Below, piece by piece: positions 28,277 to 36,709 of a stretch of 58,077 bases of DNA (the first letter of the stretch is position 1; each line of letters begins with the position of its first letter). This stretch comes from an uncultured virus (IMG/VR IMGVR_UViG_3300020046_001970) (Duplodnaviria; Heunggongvirae; Uroviricota; Caudoviricetes): the IMG/VR virus record IMGVR_UViG_3300020046_001970. One strand, given 5' to 3'. The notes under the pieces were generated by a model. That model searched no databases. It saw nothing but the letters and a program-made list of their open reading frames with translations, and had not been told where the DNA came from. A program made the position numbers and the translations under genes.

Positions 28277-28769
28277 ATTCAAGAACGCAGTCCTCGTCCG
28301 CAACGTAGTGGCTCGTGTGTTGGAGGCTACTGAGTTTGACAGCCCTGAGGCACTCAAGAAGTACCTTCATGATCATCCAGACGCGGATAAGTCCAAGCAC
28401 TCCGTGAAGAAGAAGGATGATGATGGGGAGTGGGATCGAGCTGTTAGCAATGAGTCGGCTAGAGATAAAGCTAGAGAGAAAACTAAGCTAACCAACCAAA
28501 AAACCCTTGAGACGAGCAGTGGTGCATTAAAAGCTCTTAAGGGCTTACCTAAGGGCTGGTCGGATGAGTTAGGACTTGAGGGTCTTAGCAAGAAAATTGA
28601 CAAGGTTAAGCCGGGGGAGGATACCACCGCAGTAGACCTTGAGCTAAAGTCAATAATGAAGTCGCTTAAGTACAATGCAGATAGCATTTTGAAGGATAAG
28701 GATTCTTCACCTGAAGAGAAGAAAGACGCAGAAAGTGCGTTGAAAGTCCACAAAAGTTTGACCCGCTAA
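28257..28769 (+). CDS. Charged hypothetical protein, candidate internal head protein
   Basis: K/E/D-rich; N-terminal RNVVARVLEA segment. Confidence 0.65.
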   Translation: MTSKLTEFKNAVLVRNVVARVLEATEFDSPEALKKYLHDHPDADKSKHSVKKKDDDGEWDRAVSNESARDKAREKTKLTNQKTLETSSGALKALKGLPKGWSDELGLEGLSKKIDKVKPGEDTTAVDLELKSIMKSLKYNADSILKDKDSSPEEKKDAESALKVHKSLTR

Positions 28770-28785
28770 AAGGTAATTTCACCTC

Positions 28786-29283
28786 TTGTCCAACCTAGCT
28801 AAAGTATACGGGAAGCCCCTTGTCAAAGGGGTAGCTGCGACTCCTGAGCGGGCACTCAAGTTACTTAAGCAGGACATCCTACAGAGGGTCCGAGCCAAGC
28901 TACTTCAGTCTACGTTCTCGGACAGGGCCAAGAAGGCGTTCTCCAGGTCCTTGTCAGTCAAAATAGGCAGTTCTTCGCTTACTATCCGGTCCAGTCACCC
29001 AGCATTTATTCTCTTGTTGCGAGGGCAGCGTAAGGGTCAGATGACCTGGCTCGTGAAGGCTAGGGCTCCTATCCCTATCATTACGGACACAGGAGAGCTT
29101 ATTTTCCGTACAGCCTCTGCAAGGTCCATGCTGAATGGTAAGTGGATTCACCCAGGGAGGGGACCATTCGACTTTGTGGAGAAAGCTAAGGCAGAAGCCA
29201 AGGATAGGATTCGCAAGGGAATTATGGCAGAGATACGTAGGACTTTAGCTCAGTCCGCCAGACAGAATGGAAGAACTAGATGA
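28786..29283 (+). CDS. Basic neck/tail-completion-like protein
   Basis: Basic; E/L.G...W.HPG..P..F pattern; consistent context. Confidence 0.5.
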   Translation: MSNLAKVYGKPLVKGVAATPERALKLLKQDILQRVRAKLLQSTFSDRAKKAFSRSLSVKIGSSSLTIRSSHPAFILLLRGQRKGQMTWLVKARAPIPIITDTGELIFRTASARSMLNGKWIHPGRGPFDFVEKAKAEAKDRIRKGIMAEIRRTLAQSARQNGRTR

Positions 29284-29921
29284 ACTTAGGTGATATCGTA
29301 GTGTGTGGTGTGACCGAAGACATCCTCTTGGATGACATCAAGTTTGTGGTGCCCAAAGGAGAGGCTGTTACAGTGCCAGCGGACCTTGTTGTCAGGTCGA
29401 CAGACTTGTACCGTCAACTGTCCGTAGGGGCCATATTCCAGTTGAATAAGAACAGCCGTGGGCTCCGACCGAACTCCCCACCAAAAGAAGAGCCCCTGGA
29501 GAGCCCTTCGCTACAGCCTGTAGTTATGGCAGCTCAGGTAGAGATTGAGGCCCTGAAGTCTGAGAATGCTCGACTTGCAGAGGAGAACAACGTCCTTCAA
29601 GAGAGGGTTTCCGTACTCACCCGAGAGTCCTCCCTGCTTAAGGACTCCTTAGGTATTGGTGAGAGGCTAGACCAGATGATGGCCATGTTGAAGAACGGGG
29701 TTGCACAAGGGCCCTCTGTACTTCGCACTTCGAACCTTAATGGTGACTCATTTCCATCTTCGGAAGAGGCTCCAGTATTCATCCCATCCCAAATCAAAAT
29801 GGATGATGTTGACACCTCTAGGTTGAGTACCCCTGAATCCACAGAAACTACCTCAGGAGCTGGGGTGTCTAGGGCCGCAAACGCACTACGTAAGTTGAAG
29901 GTAGAGAAGGATAAGTCATGA
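29280..29921 (+). CDS. Coiled-coil hypothetical protein
   Basis: Central heptads (IEALKSENARLAEENNVL). Confidence 0.7.
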   Translation: MNLGDIVVCGVTEDILLDDIKFVVPKGEAVTVPADLVVRSTDLYRQLSVGAIFQLNKNSRGLRPNSPPKEEPLESPSLQPVVMAAQVEIEALKSENARLAEENNVLQERVSVLTRESSLLKDSLGIGERLDQMMAMLKNGVAQGPSVLRTSNLNGDSFPSSEEAPVFIPSQIKMDDVDTSRLSTPESTETTSGAGVSRAANALRKLKVEKDKS

Positions 29922-30565
29922 CTATTAGAGACCGCATCGCCAAGTTAGTTCAGGTCACGGCAGCAGCAGCTATCCTTTGGAAGTACGTAGACGAAGACGG
30001 CAAGGACTTCTACCTAGCAGAGAAGAAGACTGGCACCGTTCGTAGTCCTTACTCCGGGAAGAGCTTTACCGCCAAGCCTGAGAGGTCCTCTCTAGGGGAT
30101 GTAAGCAAAGAGCAAAAGGAAGACGGGTCGAAGACCAAGGGCTCCCTCTTCAAGTACACGGATGACGAGGGCAACGACTTCTATCTCCCAGAGAAGAAGA
30201 CCAGCACGCTAAAGAGCCCTTACTCCGGAAAGAGCGTCACCCCTAAGGCGGAGAAGGCTACGTTGAGTGACGTAGGTAAGGACTTGAAAGAGAAGATTGC
30301 AAGCTCACCTATGCAGTGGGAGCTTGCCTCAGACATCCTCGCGAAGAAGGAATCCCACCCCGCGTTGAAGGTCCTCCAGGTCCAATACGCGAAGATCCTG
30401 GAGGGGTTGGAGGAGGCCGCTCAAAGGTCGGCAAGAATGAAGAAGGTAGGAGTGGGTACCACGGAAGACCCAACCTTTGTCATGGCTCATGTCGTACCTG
30501 AGATTCGTAAGCTTGGGGAGAAGGCTCTGCTTGTTGCGAAGCAGCTAGAGGAGAAGCTAGATTGA
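29918..30565 (+). CDS. Hypothetical protein with duplicated ~46-aa domain
   Basis: L(W/F)KY.D..G.DFYL.EKKT.T..SPYSGKS.T.K.E...L.DV.K occurs twice. Confidence 0.75.
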   Translation: MTIRDRIAKLVQVTAAAAILWKYVDEDGKDFYLAEKKTGTVRSPYSGKSFTAKPERSSLGDVSKEQKEDGSKTKGSLFKYTDDEGNDFYLPEKKTSTLKSPYSGKSVTPKAEKATLSDVGKDLKEKIASSPMQWELASDILAKKESHPALKVLQVQYAKILEGLEEAAQRSARMKKVGVGTTEDPTFVMAHVVPEIRKLGEKALLVAKQLEEKLD

Positions 30566-30870
30566 AACCCACATCTAAAATGTCTGATCTTCTGATTGTG
30601 GCCCAAGTGGTACGTCGCGTAGTAGGTGAGACTGGTAAGCTCAAGGAGACTCTAGTTGCATGGTGGGATCCTACACGTAAAAAGGGTGAACGCTTGACTT
30701 TATACAAAAAGGAATGGACTATACCGGGACGTGACGTAAAAGTAACCTACTCCTATCGCGGGGGCGGTTGTAGCGGAGGCGTTCAGGCGAAGACTGACGA
30801 GGATGCAATCAAGTATGTCGAATCTGAGGTTGTTCCGATGCAGACCGGAAAGTTGCGGAGAGTTAAGTGA
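30562..30870 (+). CDS. Hypothetical protein
   Basis: Overlapping start/stop coupling with neighbours. Confidence 0.6.
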   Translation: MKPTSKMSDLLIVAQVVRRVVGETGKLKETLVAWWDPTRKKGERLTLYKKEWTIPGRDVKVTYSYRGGGCSGGVQAKTDEDAIKYVESEVVPMQTGKLRRVK

Positions 30871-31490
30871 ACTGGAAAGTAGCAGCTGACGCCACTCAGG
30901 CGATCTGGCAAGACCCATCCTCTTATGACCCCTACACTCAGGGGCCTCCGTACCTTCCGGAGAGCCCTTCCCGACGTACAGCGTCTCAGAGGGTTAGCTC
31001 TGAGTTTGGGTTGCCAGAGGCACTAGCGGCCCTTCGCGCCCTAGCTATGGTTCACCAAACGCACCACTGGCTTACTTCAGGTCCAGCCTTCTACGCAGAC
31101 CACCTTCTCTTTGAACGTCTCTACGCGGATACGGTTGGGGAGATTGACAGCATCGCTGAGCGAGCTGTGGGAACTGGGGCTGCATCTGGTTCCATCCACC
31201 CCGTGGTTCAAGCACAACAAGTTCTGAGTGTGCTTGCGACCTGGAACCTCCAAGAAGACCCTAAGTCTTACATCGCTACCAGCCTTGTTGCGGAGCGATG
31301 GGTTCTTGCTCAGTTGAAGCAAGTCGTAGCGACGATGAAGGCCTCAGGCGCTCTCTCGCGTGGTACCGATAACCTACTTGCAAGCATTGAAGATAAGCAC
31401 GAAGAGCACGTTTACCTTCTTACTCAACGGAGTAAGGTTGGTCAGGTAAAAGGGGCTACGTCAGATCGTTGGAAGGTAAGTCCAGGCTGA
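30867..31490 (+). CDS. Dps/ferritin-like protein
   Basis: HW...GP.F...HLLFE.LY......D.IAER ferroxidase-centre pattern. Confidence 0.85.
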   Translation: MNWKVAADATQAIWQDPSSYDPYTQGPPYLPESPSRRTASQRVSSEFGLPEALAALRALAMVHQTHHWLTSGPAFYADHLLFERLYADTVGEIDSIAERAVGTGAASGSIHPVVQAQQVLSVLATWNLQEDPKSYIATSLVAERWVLAQLKQVVATMKASGALSRGTDNLLASIEDKHEEHVYLLTQRSKVGQVKGATSDRWKVSPG

Positions 31491-31541
31491 GATCTTGAGG
31501 TAGGGTTGGGGTTCGATAAAGGTCTTATGCCCTGTTGTAGT

Positions 31542-32432
31542 ATGCCTCAAGAAAAACGAACATTCTCGAAGGAAGAGCTACAGTCTTTGCTGGATACCGA
31601 CCCTAACATCACAATACAGAAAATGGGACTTATCCTGAGTTGTGGCAAGCAGACGTTGGCTAGAGAGTTGTCTAGGCATGGTCTTCGAACTAGAAAATGG
31701 GATGAACGCAAGCATACACTTGAGACTCGAACAAAGATTAGTCAGCAGCGCATTGAGAATGGCGTTGCTAAGGGTGAAAAAAATCCTAACTATGGCTCCA
31801 AGCCGAGACCATGGTTGGAGGGAGAAAATAGTTCTCTTCGTAAGTGGCATCAGGAGCACCCAGAGTTTGGAGTCAACCAACGTGGAGTTGAGAACCCCAT
31901 ACATAAGGTAAAGCATCTATACCAAGATCCTGCTTACGTTGCTAACATCACCCGTGGCATTCGAGCCCATGTCAAAAGTAAGACAGGTAGGAGCTACGAA
32001 GAGGTGTACGGGGCGAAGAAAGCCGCAGAGTATAAGGATAAGCTCAGGGCGGCCTCTCCAGGGAGGATGTCAAAGTTCAAGCGCAAGGTAACAAAGCCCG
32101 AGTTGATTGTCAGGGGTCTTCTTCAGGGGCTTGGAGCGTCGTTCGTGGAACAGGCCACCTTAGGTCCTTACACGGTGGATTTTCTTGTCCCTGATTTACG
32201 ACTCGTGGTGCAGGCTGACGGGGATTATTGGCATGCGAACCCAGAAGTGTACCCTAACGACGATAAACTATCCAAGTCTCAGCAGAAGCAGAGACGACTA
32301 GATGCCTCGTGTAACTCCCTCATTAAGAACAAGGGTTATGTGCTAATACGGTTGTGGGAAAGTGACTTACGTCAAAATCAGGAAAAGTGTGCAGAGATCC
32401 TATGTGAGGCTCTCAAAATGAGGAACAAATGA
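31542..32432 (+). CDS. HTH/NUMOD3 plus DUF559/Vsr-like endonuclease
   Basis: HTLETRTKIS..GEKNPNYG; TKPE...YTVDF...ADGDYWH...RLWESD. Confidence 0.8.
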   Translation: MPQEKRTFSKEELQSLLDTDPNITIQKMGLILSCGKQTLARELSRHGLRTRKWDERKHTLETRTKISQQRIENGVAKGEKNPNYGSKPRPWLEGENSSLRKWHQEHPEFGVNQRGVENPIHKVKHLYQDPAYVANITRGIRAHVKSKTGRSYEEVYGAKKAAEYKDKLRAASPGRMSKFKRKVTKPELIVRGLLQGLGASFVEQATLGPYTVDFLVPDLRLVVQADGDYWHANPEVYPNDDKLSKSQQKQRRLDASCNSLIKNKGYVLIRLWESDLRQNQEKCAEILCEALKMRNK

Positions 32433-33445
32433 GTACAGACCAGACATATTGTTATGGAGTTGGGATTGACTTGGGGACAATGAATATTTTGTCCGCTCGG
32501 CAGACAAAAGACAACAAGATCCATACCAAACGAGTAAGGGATGCGTTCATTGACTTGGACGGGGAGGCTAAAAAGGCCCTCAAAATGACGAAGGTCGAGT
32601 ACGTCGAGAGGGATGGTCAGCTGATTGTCATTGGAGACTCAGCCTTGAACATGGCCAACCTCTTCAAGCGGGAGGTGCGTAGACCTCTCGCGAAAGGCGT
32701 TGTTGCAGCTGGGGAGTTCTTGGCTCAGGAAGTCTTGTCTTTGATGATCTTCCAAGTCCTACAGGAGCCCTTGGTCGAAGGGGAGCACTGTTATTACAGT
32801 ATTCCTGCGGCACCTATTGACATCCCAGACCAGGACGTCACTTACCACCGTGAGGTCTTCCGCAAGATCATCTCTGAGTTTGGTTACACCCCCCACCCGA
32901 TGAACGAAGCTATGGCTATCATCTATAGCCAGTGTGCAGAAGAGCAGTTCTCTGGGCTATCGGTCAGCTTTGGCTCGGGCATGTGTAACGTAGCACTCGC
33001 CTATCAGACCATGATGGGTATGGAGTTCTCGATGGCTAGAGGTGGGGATTGGATTGATCTCCACGCGTCTAAAGCCACTGGAATGACAGCTTCCCGTATT
33101 TGCGCAATCAAAGAAAAAGGAGGTTTCAATCTTGCTAACCCACCGAAGAACAGTCGTGAGGCTGAAGCGATATCTCTCTACATTCGTAGTCTCATCAGCT
33201 ACAGCCTGGAGAAGATCGCACACCAATTCCGTAGGGACGCAGGGAAGATGGAACTCTCGGACCCCATCCCATTCATAGTGTCAGGTGGGACCACGAAGGC
33301 GGAGGGCTTCATGGATATCTTCAAAGAGGAGTTTGAAGCCATGAAGAAGAAGGGTTTCCCAATCCAAATCTCCGAGGTTCGACAGGCGAAGGACCCTATG
33401 ACGGCAGTAGCAGAAGGCCTTCTTGTACTAGCGATGCAAGAGTGA
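32429..33445 (+). CDS. Actin-like ATPase (volactin/MreB-like)
   Basis: Phosphate-1 GIDLGTMN, connect NEAMA, phosphate-2 SFGSGMCN, adenosine VSGGTT, connect-2 AVAEG. Confidence 0.88.
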   Translation: MSTDQTYCYGVGIDLGTMNILSARQTKDNKIHTKRVRDAFIDLDGEAKKALKMTKVEYVERDGQLIVIGDSALNMANLFKREVRRPLAKGVVAAGEFLAQEVLSLMIFQVLQEPLVEGEHCYYSIPAAPIDIPDQDVTYHREVFRKIISEFGYTPHPMNEAMAIIYSQCAEEQFSGLSVSFGSGMCNVALAYQTMMGMEFSMARGGDWIDLHASKATGMTASRICAIKEKGGFNLANPPKNSREAEAISLYIRSLISYSLEKIAHQFRRDAGKMELSDPIPFIVSGGTTKAEGFMDIFKEEFEAMKKKGFPIQISEVRQAKDPMTAVAEGLLVLAMQE

Positions 33446-33452
33446 GGATTTC

Positions 33453-34271
33453 GTGAAACCTTGCAAAAAATGTGGAGTAACTGATCGGAACAGTCAGGGT
33501 GGTTGTCGCCCTTGTGCGAAGATTTACCTACAGGCCTATTACCAATCCCATAAAAGTCAGGCTAAGACTAACTCTCGCAATCGTACGCAGGGATTAGCAG
33601 ATGGGACGCTTAAACGTCCTTCGCACCCATGCACTAAGTGTGGTAGTTCTGAGCGAGGTAAATACGGGCACTGTCTGCCTTGTGGTGCCGCTCGTAACTT
33701 GAAACGCTACCATGCCGACAAGCCGAAGGCGAAGGCATACAAGCACGCTCAATACTTGAGTAACAAGGATAAGGTGAATGCGGACAGTAAAGCTTGGGCC
33801 AAAGCTAACCCGGACAAGCGAGATGATGCTACTGAGAGAAGACGCTTGAAGAAGTATGGGCTTACAGTTGAGCAACATCAAGCACTTTTTGAGATACAGG
33901 GTGGTCTCTGCCTTATTTGTAATGAGTCGTTTGGGAAACGAGTTCACATCGATCACGACCATAGTACAGGTCGTGTTCGGGGACTTTTGTGCCACACCTG
34001 CAACGTAGGTCTAGGTCACTTTAAGGATAGCTCAGCACTTTTACGTAAGGCTGCCGAGTACCTTGAGGGCCACCAACCAACGGATTTCGTAGTGCCCAGT
34101 CCGGTCATCAAGGTTTTTCAGCCCAGTGATGGTCGATACAAGATCACAGATGCAGTGCGTTCTCAGATTAAGGTCTTGCGGGAGCAAGGCCTTAGTTTAG
34201 GGGTCATCGCAAAAACGGTTGAACTATCGCGGTCTACGGTTCAGGTCATTCTCAAAGAAGTGAGACACTAA
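33453..34271 (+). CDS. Endonuclease VII-type HNH homing endonuclease with C-terminal HTH
   Basis: KKYGLT...Q.G.C.IC...HIDHDH.TG.VRGLLC..CN.GLG.F.D. Confidence 0.9.
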   Translation: MKPCKKCGVTDRNSQGGCRPCAKIYLQAYYQSHKSQAKTNSRNRTQGLADGTLKRPSHPCTKCGSSERGKYGHCLPCGAARNLKRYHADKPKAKAYKHAQYLSNKDKVNADSKAWAKANPDKRDDATERRRLKKYGLTVEQHQALFEIQGGLCLICNESFGKRVHIDHDHSTGRVRGLLCHTCNVGLGHFKDSSALLRKAAEYLEGHQPTDFVVPSPVIKVFQPSDGRYKITDAVRSQIKVLREQGLSLGVIAKTVELSRSTVQVILKEVRH

Positions 34272-34272
34272 G

Positions 34273-35463
34273 GTGTATTATTGCTTAATTAGTTCTTTGA
34301 AGAGACGACTCATCCTAGAGCTTCAGGACAGTTTTGCGAAGCATCCTGTTTACAGTAAGATTGTAAACTACATACAGAATAAGTACGCGTTTGATGAGAG
34401 ACCCCAATTCGGTATTGTAGTCAAGGGGTCCAACACCAATAAGGTGCAACTCTCAAGCGAGAACTTCATTGGGGTAGTTCAATCACATGTGATGCTCAGC
34501 TACATGGAGCAACCCTCCCATTTGCTAGAGTGGGTGAAAGAGGACTACTCCTACATACGTGAGAATGGGTTTACTACCCCACCTGGAGTCTACTACATCG
34601 AGTGTCTTACTGCCCCTACGATCCCTGGGGAGTTTGGTACGTTTGCAATCGACCCTCTACTAACCGCAACGGATGAGCCTCTGCTTGCCATCAAGTCGGG
34701 GGTGGAGACAGAGGCGATTCTCTCAAATCTACCTGTAAGTCAGACACTTAGAATCTGGGAGAATCGCAACCTCTTGCTGATTGAAGGTCGAGACTACACC
34801 GTCAATTACGATACAGGTAAGGTCAAGCTCCTCTCGATGTTCTACGAGGGCTCAACGCTTACCGCAGACTACCGGTATGTAGTCCCATCGATTGGACCTA
34901 TTCAGTGGTCCTGGAACACGGCAGACTGGACGACAATTCCAGGGGTTGTACTGGCCTTTGGTAAGCGAGGCAAGCCTGGGGATAAGATGGCCATTGTCGT
35001 GTATGCCGATCGAGTGGATACCGCTCAGGCATACGGTGGGAGGTTTGACGTAAGCTTCGACCTCGATGTCATCGCTCAAGACCCCATCCAAATGGAAGAG
35101 ATTGCAGATACCGTCACAATGACCTTGTGGGCAGACAAGAGGTCCGTGTTGTCCTCAGAGGGGATTGAGTTGGTGGATGTCTCTATGGGCGGAGAAGCCG
35201 AGGAGACTTATGACGAGACGGGTGACCTCTACTTCTATACTGCGTCTATGTCTGTCCAGCTTCAAGCGGACTGGGAGGTCCATATCCCACTACCGTTTAC
35301 GATTAGTAAGGTCGTAGCTGCCACTCGTCAGGCAGAGGCCTCCGTTACAGCAGATCGTCGTGGCGGGGCTTCGAGTCTCGTAGCGATGTCCCAAGGTGGC
35401 TTGTTCTTTGCCACTGTACCCGTCATCAAGGGTCGGAATAGCGACTACGAGAGAATCACCTAA
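34273..35463 (+). CDS. Putative tail terminator/completion protein
   Basis: Lies before the sheath gene; FDLDVIAQD...E.I.D and EGRDYTVNY..G.V motifs. Confidence 0.5.
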   Translation: MYYCLISSLKRRLILELQDSFAKHPVYSKIVNYIQNKYAFDERPQFGIVVKGSNTNKVQLSSENFIGVVQSHVMLSYMEQPSHLLEWVKEDYSYIRENGFTTPPGVYYIECLTAPTIPGEFGTFAIDPLLTATDEPLLAIKSGVETEAILSNLPVSQTLRIWENRNLLLIEGRDYTVNYDTGKVKLLSMFYEGSTLTADYRYVVPSIGPIQWSWNTADWTTIPGVVLAFGKRGKPGDKMAIVVYADRVDTAQAYGGRFDVSFDLDVIAQDPIQMEEIADTVTMTLWADKRSVLSSEGIELVDVSMGGEAEETYDETGDLYFYTASMSVQLQADWEVHIPLPFTISKVVAATRQAEASVTADRRGGASSLVAMSQGGLFFATVPVIKGRNSDYERIT

Positions 35464-35476
35464 GGAGAGAGATGTC

Positions 35477-35956
35477 ATGTCAAGTGCCGATATACGGATA
35501 GTTCATAATGTAGTAGCTAAACTACTACTACAGGATGTGGACGCCATCATGGCAACGCTCAAAGAGAATCTCAAGAAGGCTGACGCGGAGCTTAAGAAAG
35601 TTGGCAAGAGTTTTGCCAACTCGATGAGTCAATTCTACAGCGCTCCTGCGATGAGCTTTAACCCCTCCCATGTTGAGTTGCCAATAACGAGACATCAACG
35701 GTATCTGGTGGATGTAACCACTAACGCCAAGAATAAAGTCCTACTAACTCTTTACTCTTTACCCCCTGCGGTAAATAAACTTGTCGGAAATGCGATCACC
35801 AAGTACTTCGGTGACTTCAAGGCTATGCAGAAGATGGATGGAGACGACTACGCAGACTTTGTTGCAGTTATAGCTAAAAAGATAGCAGGTTTGGCTGCGG
35901 TAGCTGAGAAGTTGACTCCTCAAATCGAAGCAATCCTTAAGGCTAAGGCGAAGTGA
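35477..35956 (+). CDS. Hypothetical protein
   Basis: AAGGAG RBS before ATG 35477; N-terminal HNVVAKLL. Confidence 0.65.
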   Translation: MSSADIRIVHNVVAKLLLQDVDAIMATLKENLKKADAELKKVGKSFANSMSQFYSAPAMSFNPSHVELPITRHQRYLVDVTTNAKNKVLLTLYSLPPAVNKLVGNAITKYFGDFKAMQKMDGDDYADFVAVIAKKIAGLAAVAEKLTPQIEAILKAKAK

Positions 35957-35987
35957 CAGTACCCCCAACAAGATAGATGAGTTAACT

Positions 35988-36425
35988 ATGCCAAAGTATT
36001 CGTTTGAGTGTCAAGTGTGCCAAACCAGGTTCGACCGAACCCTAAAGATGGGGGAGTATCCTCTGTACGCTTGTCCAAGCTGTAGGGAGGATGCCCCACG
36101 AATCTTTACTGGGTTCGGTTTTGGGTTCGTGACCCCAGGAGCAAAGGCACCTGGGAACTCAGGAGTGCATGACCAAGATTACCCTTCTGCGGATAAGGCT
36201 GTAGGTCGAAGTGCCGAGGCTCGCTGGAGTGAGTATCGAGAACGCGACAAGGTGAAGAAGCAGGTTCGAGAGACCTCCGGGTCTAGTGCTCTCTTGCGTT
36301 ACGATGGAGATGGGTTCGTGGATTACGATGCTATGACCGCCTCTAGTAAGAAGGGACGGGAGAAGGTCGTAGACTACGCTGTAGCTGTAGCTCAACAACC
36401 CCTTGTGGCTAAGCCAGGAGCCTAG
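35988..36425 (+). CDS. FmdB-like zinc-ribbon protein with extension
   Basis: MPKYSFECQVC...CPSC....R. Confidence 0.75.
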   Translation: MPKYSFECQVCQTRFDRTLKMGEYPLYACPSCREDAPRIFTGFGFGFVTPGAKAPGNSGVHDQDYPSADKAVGRSAEARWSEYRERDKVKKQVRETSGSSALLRYDGDGFVDYDAMTASSKKGREKVVDYAVAVAQQPLVAKPGA

Positions 36426-36613
36426 TGCGCCCAGAAGACTTGTACTCCTTGGTAGCGCAAGAGCGCCCAGACGAAGCTATCGATAGCCTTTGTGCGCAAG
36501 GTAAGTTTGTTGAGTGCCAGAGTCTACTTCGATCAATTGATCAGACTAAGCTAGATTCTAACCTGGTTGAAGCTGTTCGACTAGCTTGGGCATGGCTTCC
36601 GTCCGGAGACTAA
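36425..36613 (+). CDS. Hypothetical protein
   Basis: 62 aa, coupled GTG start, AGGAG upstream. Confidence 0.45.
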   Translation: MRPEDLYSLVAQERPDEAIDSLCAQGKFVECQSLLRSIDQTKLDSNLVEAVRLAWAWLPSGD

Positions 36614-36615
36614 TA

Positions 36616-36625
36616 GTTCACTTGT
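36616..36625 (+). promoter_or_regulatory. Candidate late-promoter motif (GTTCACTTGT)
   Basis: Start of the sheath gene leader. Confidence 0.45.
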
Positions 36626-36709
36626 TAGACCGGTAGGGTGGTAGAGACGCACCCAAACTCAGACCCAGATCAAACTCCCCTTTACAGTGTTAGCTAACTA
36701 GGAGATTCC

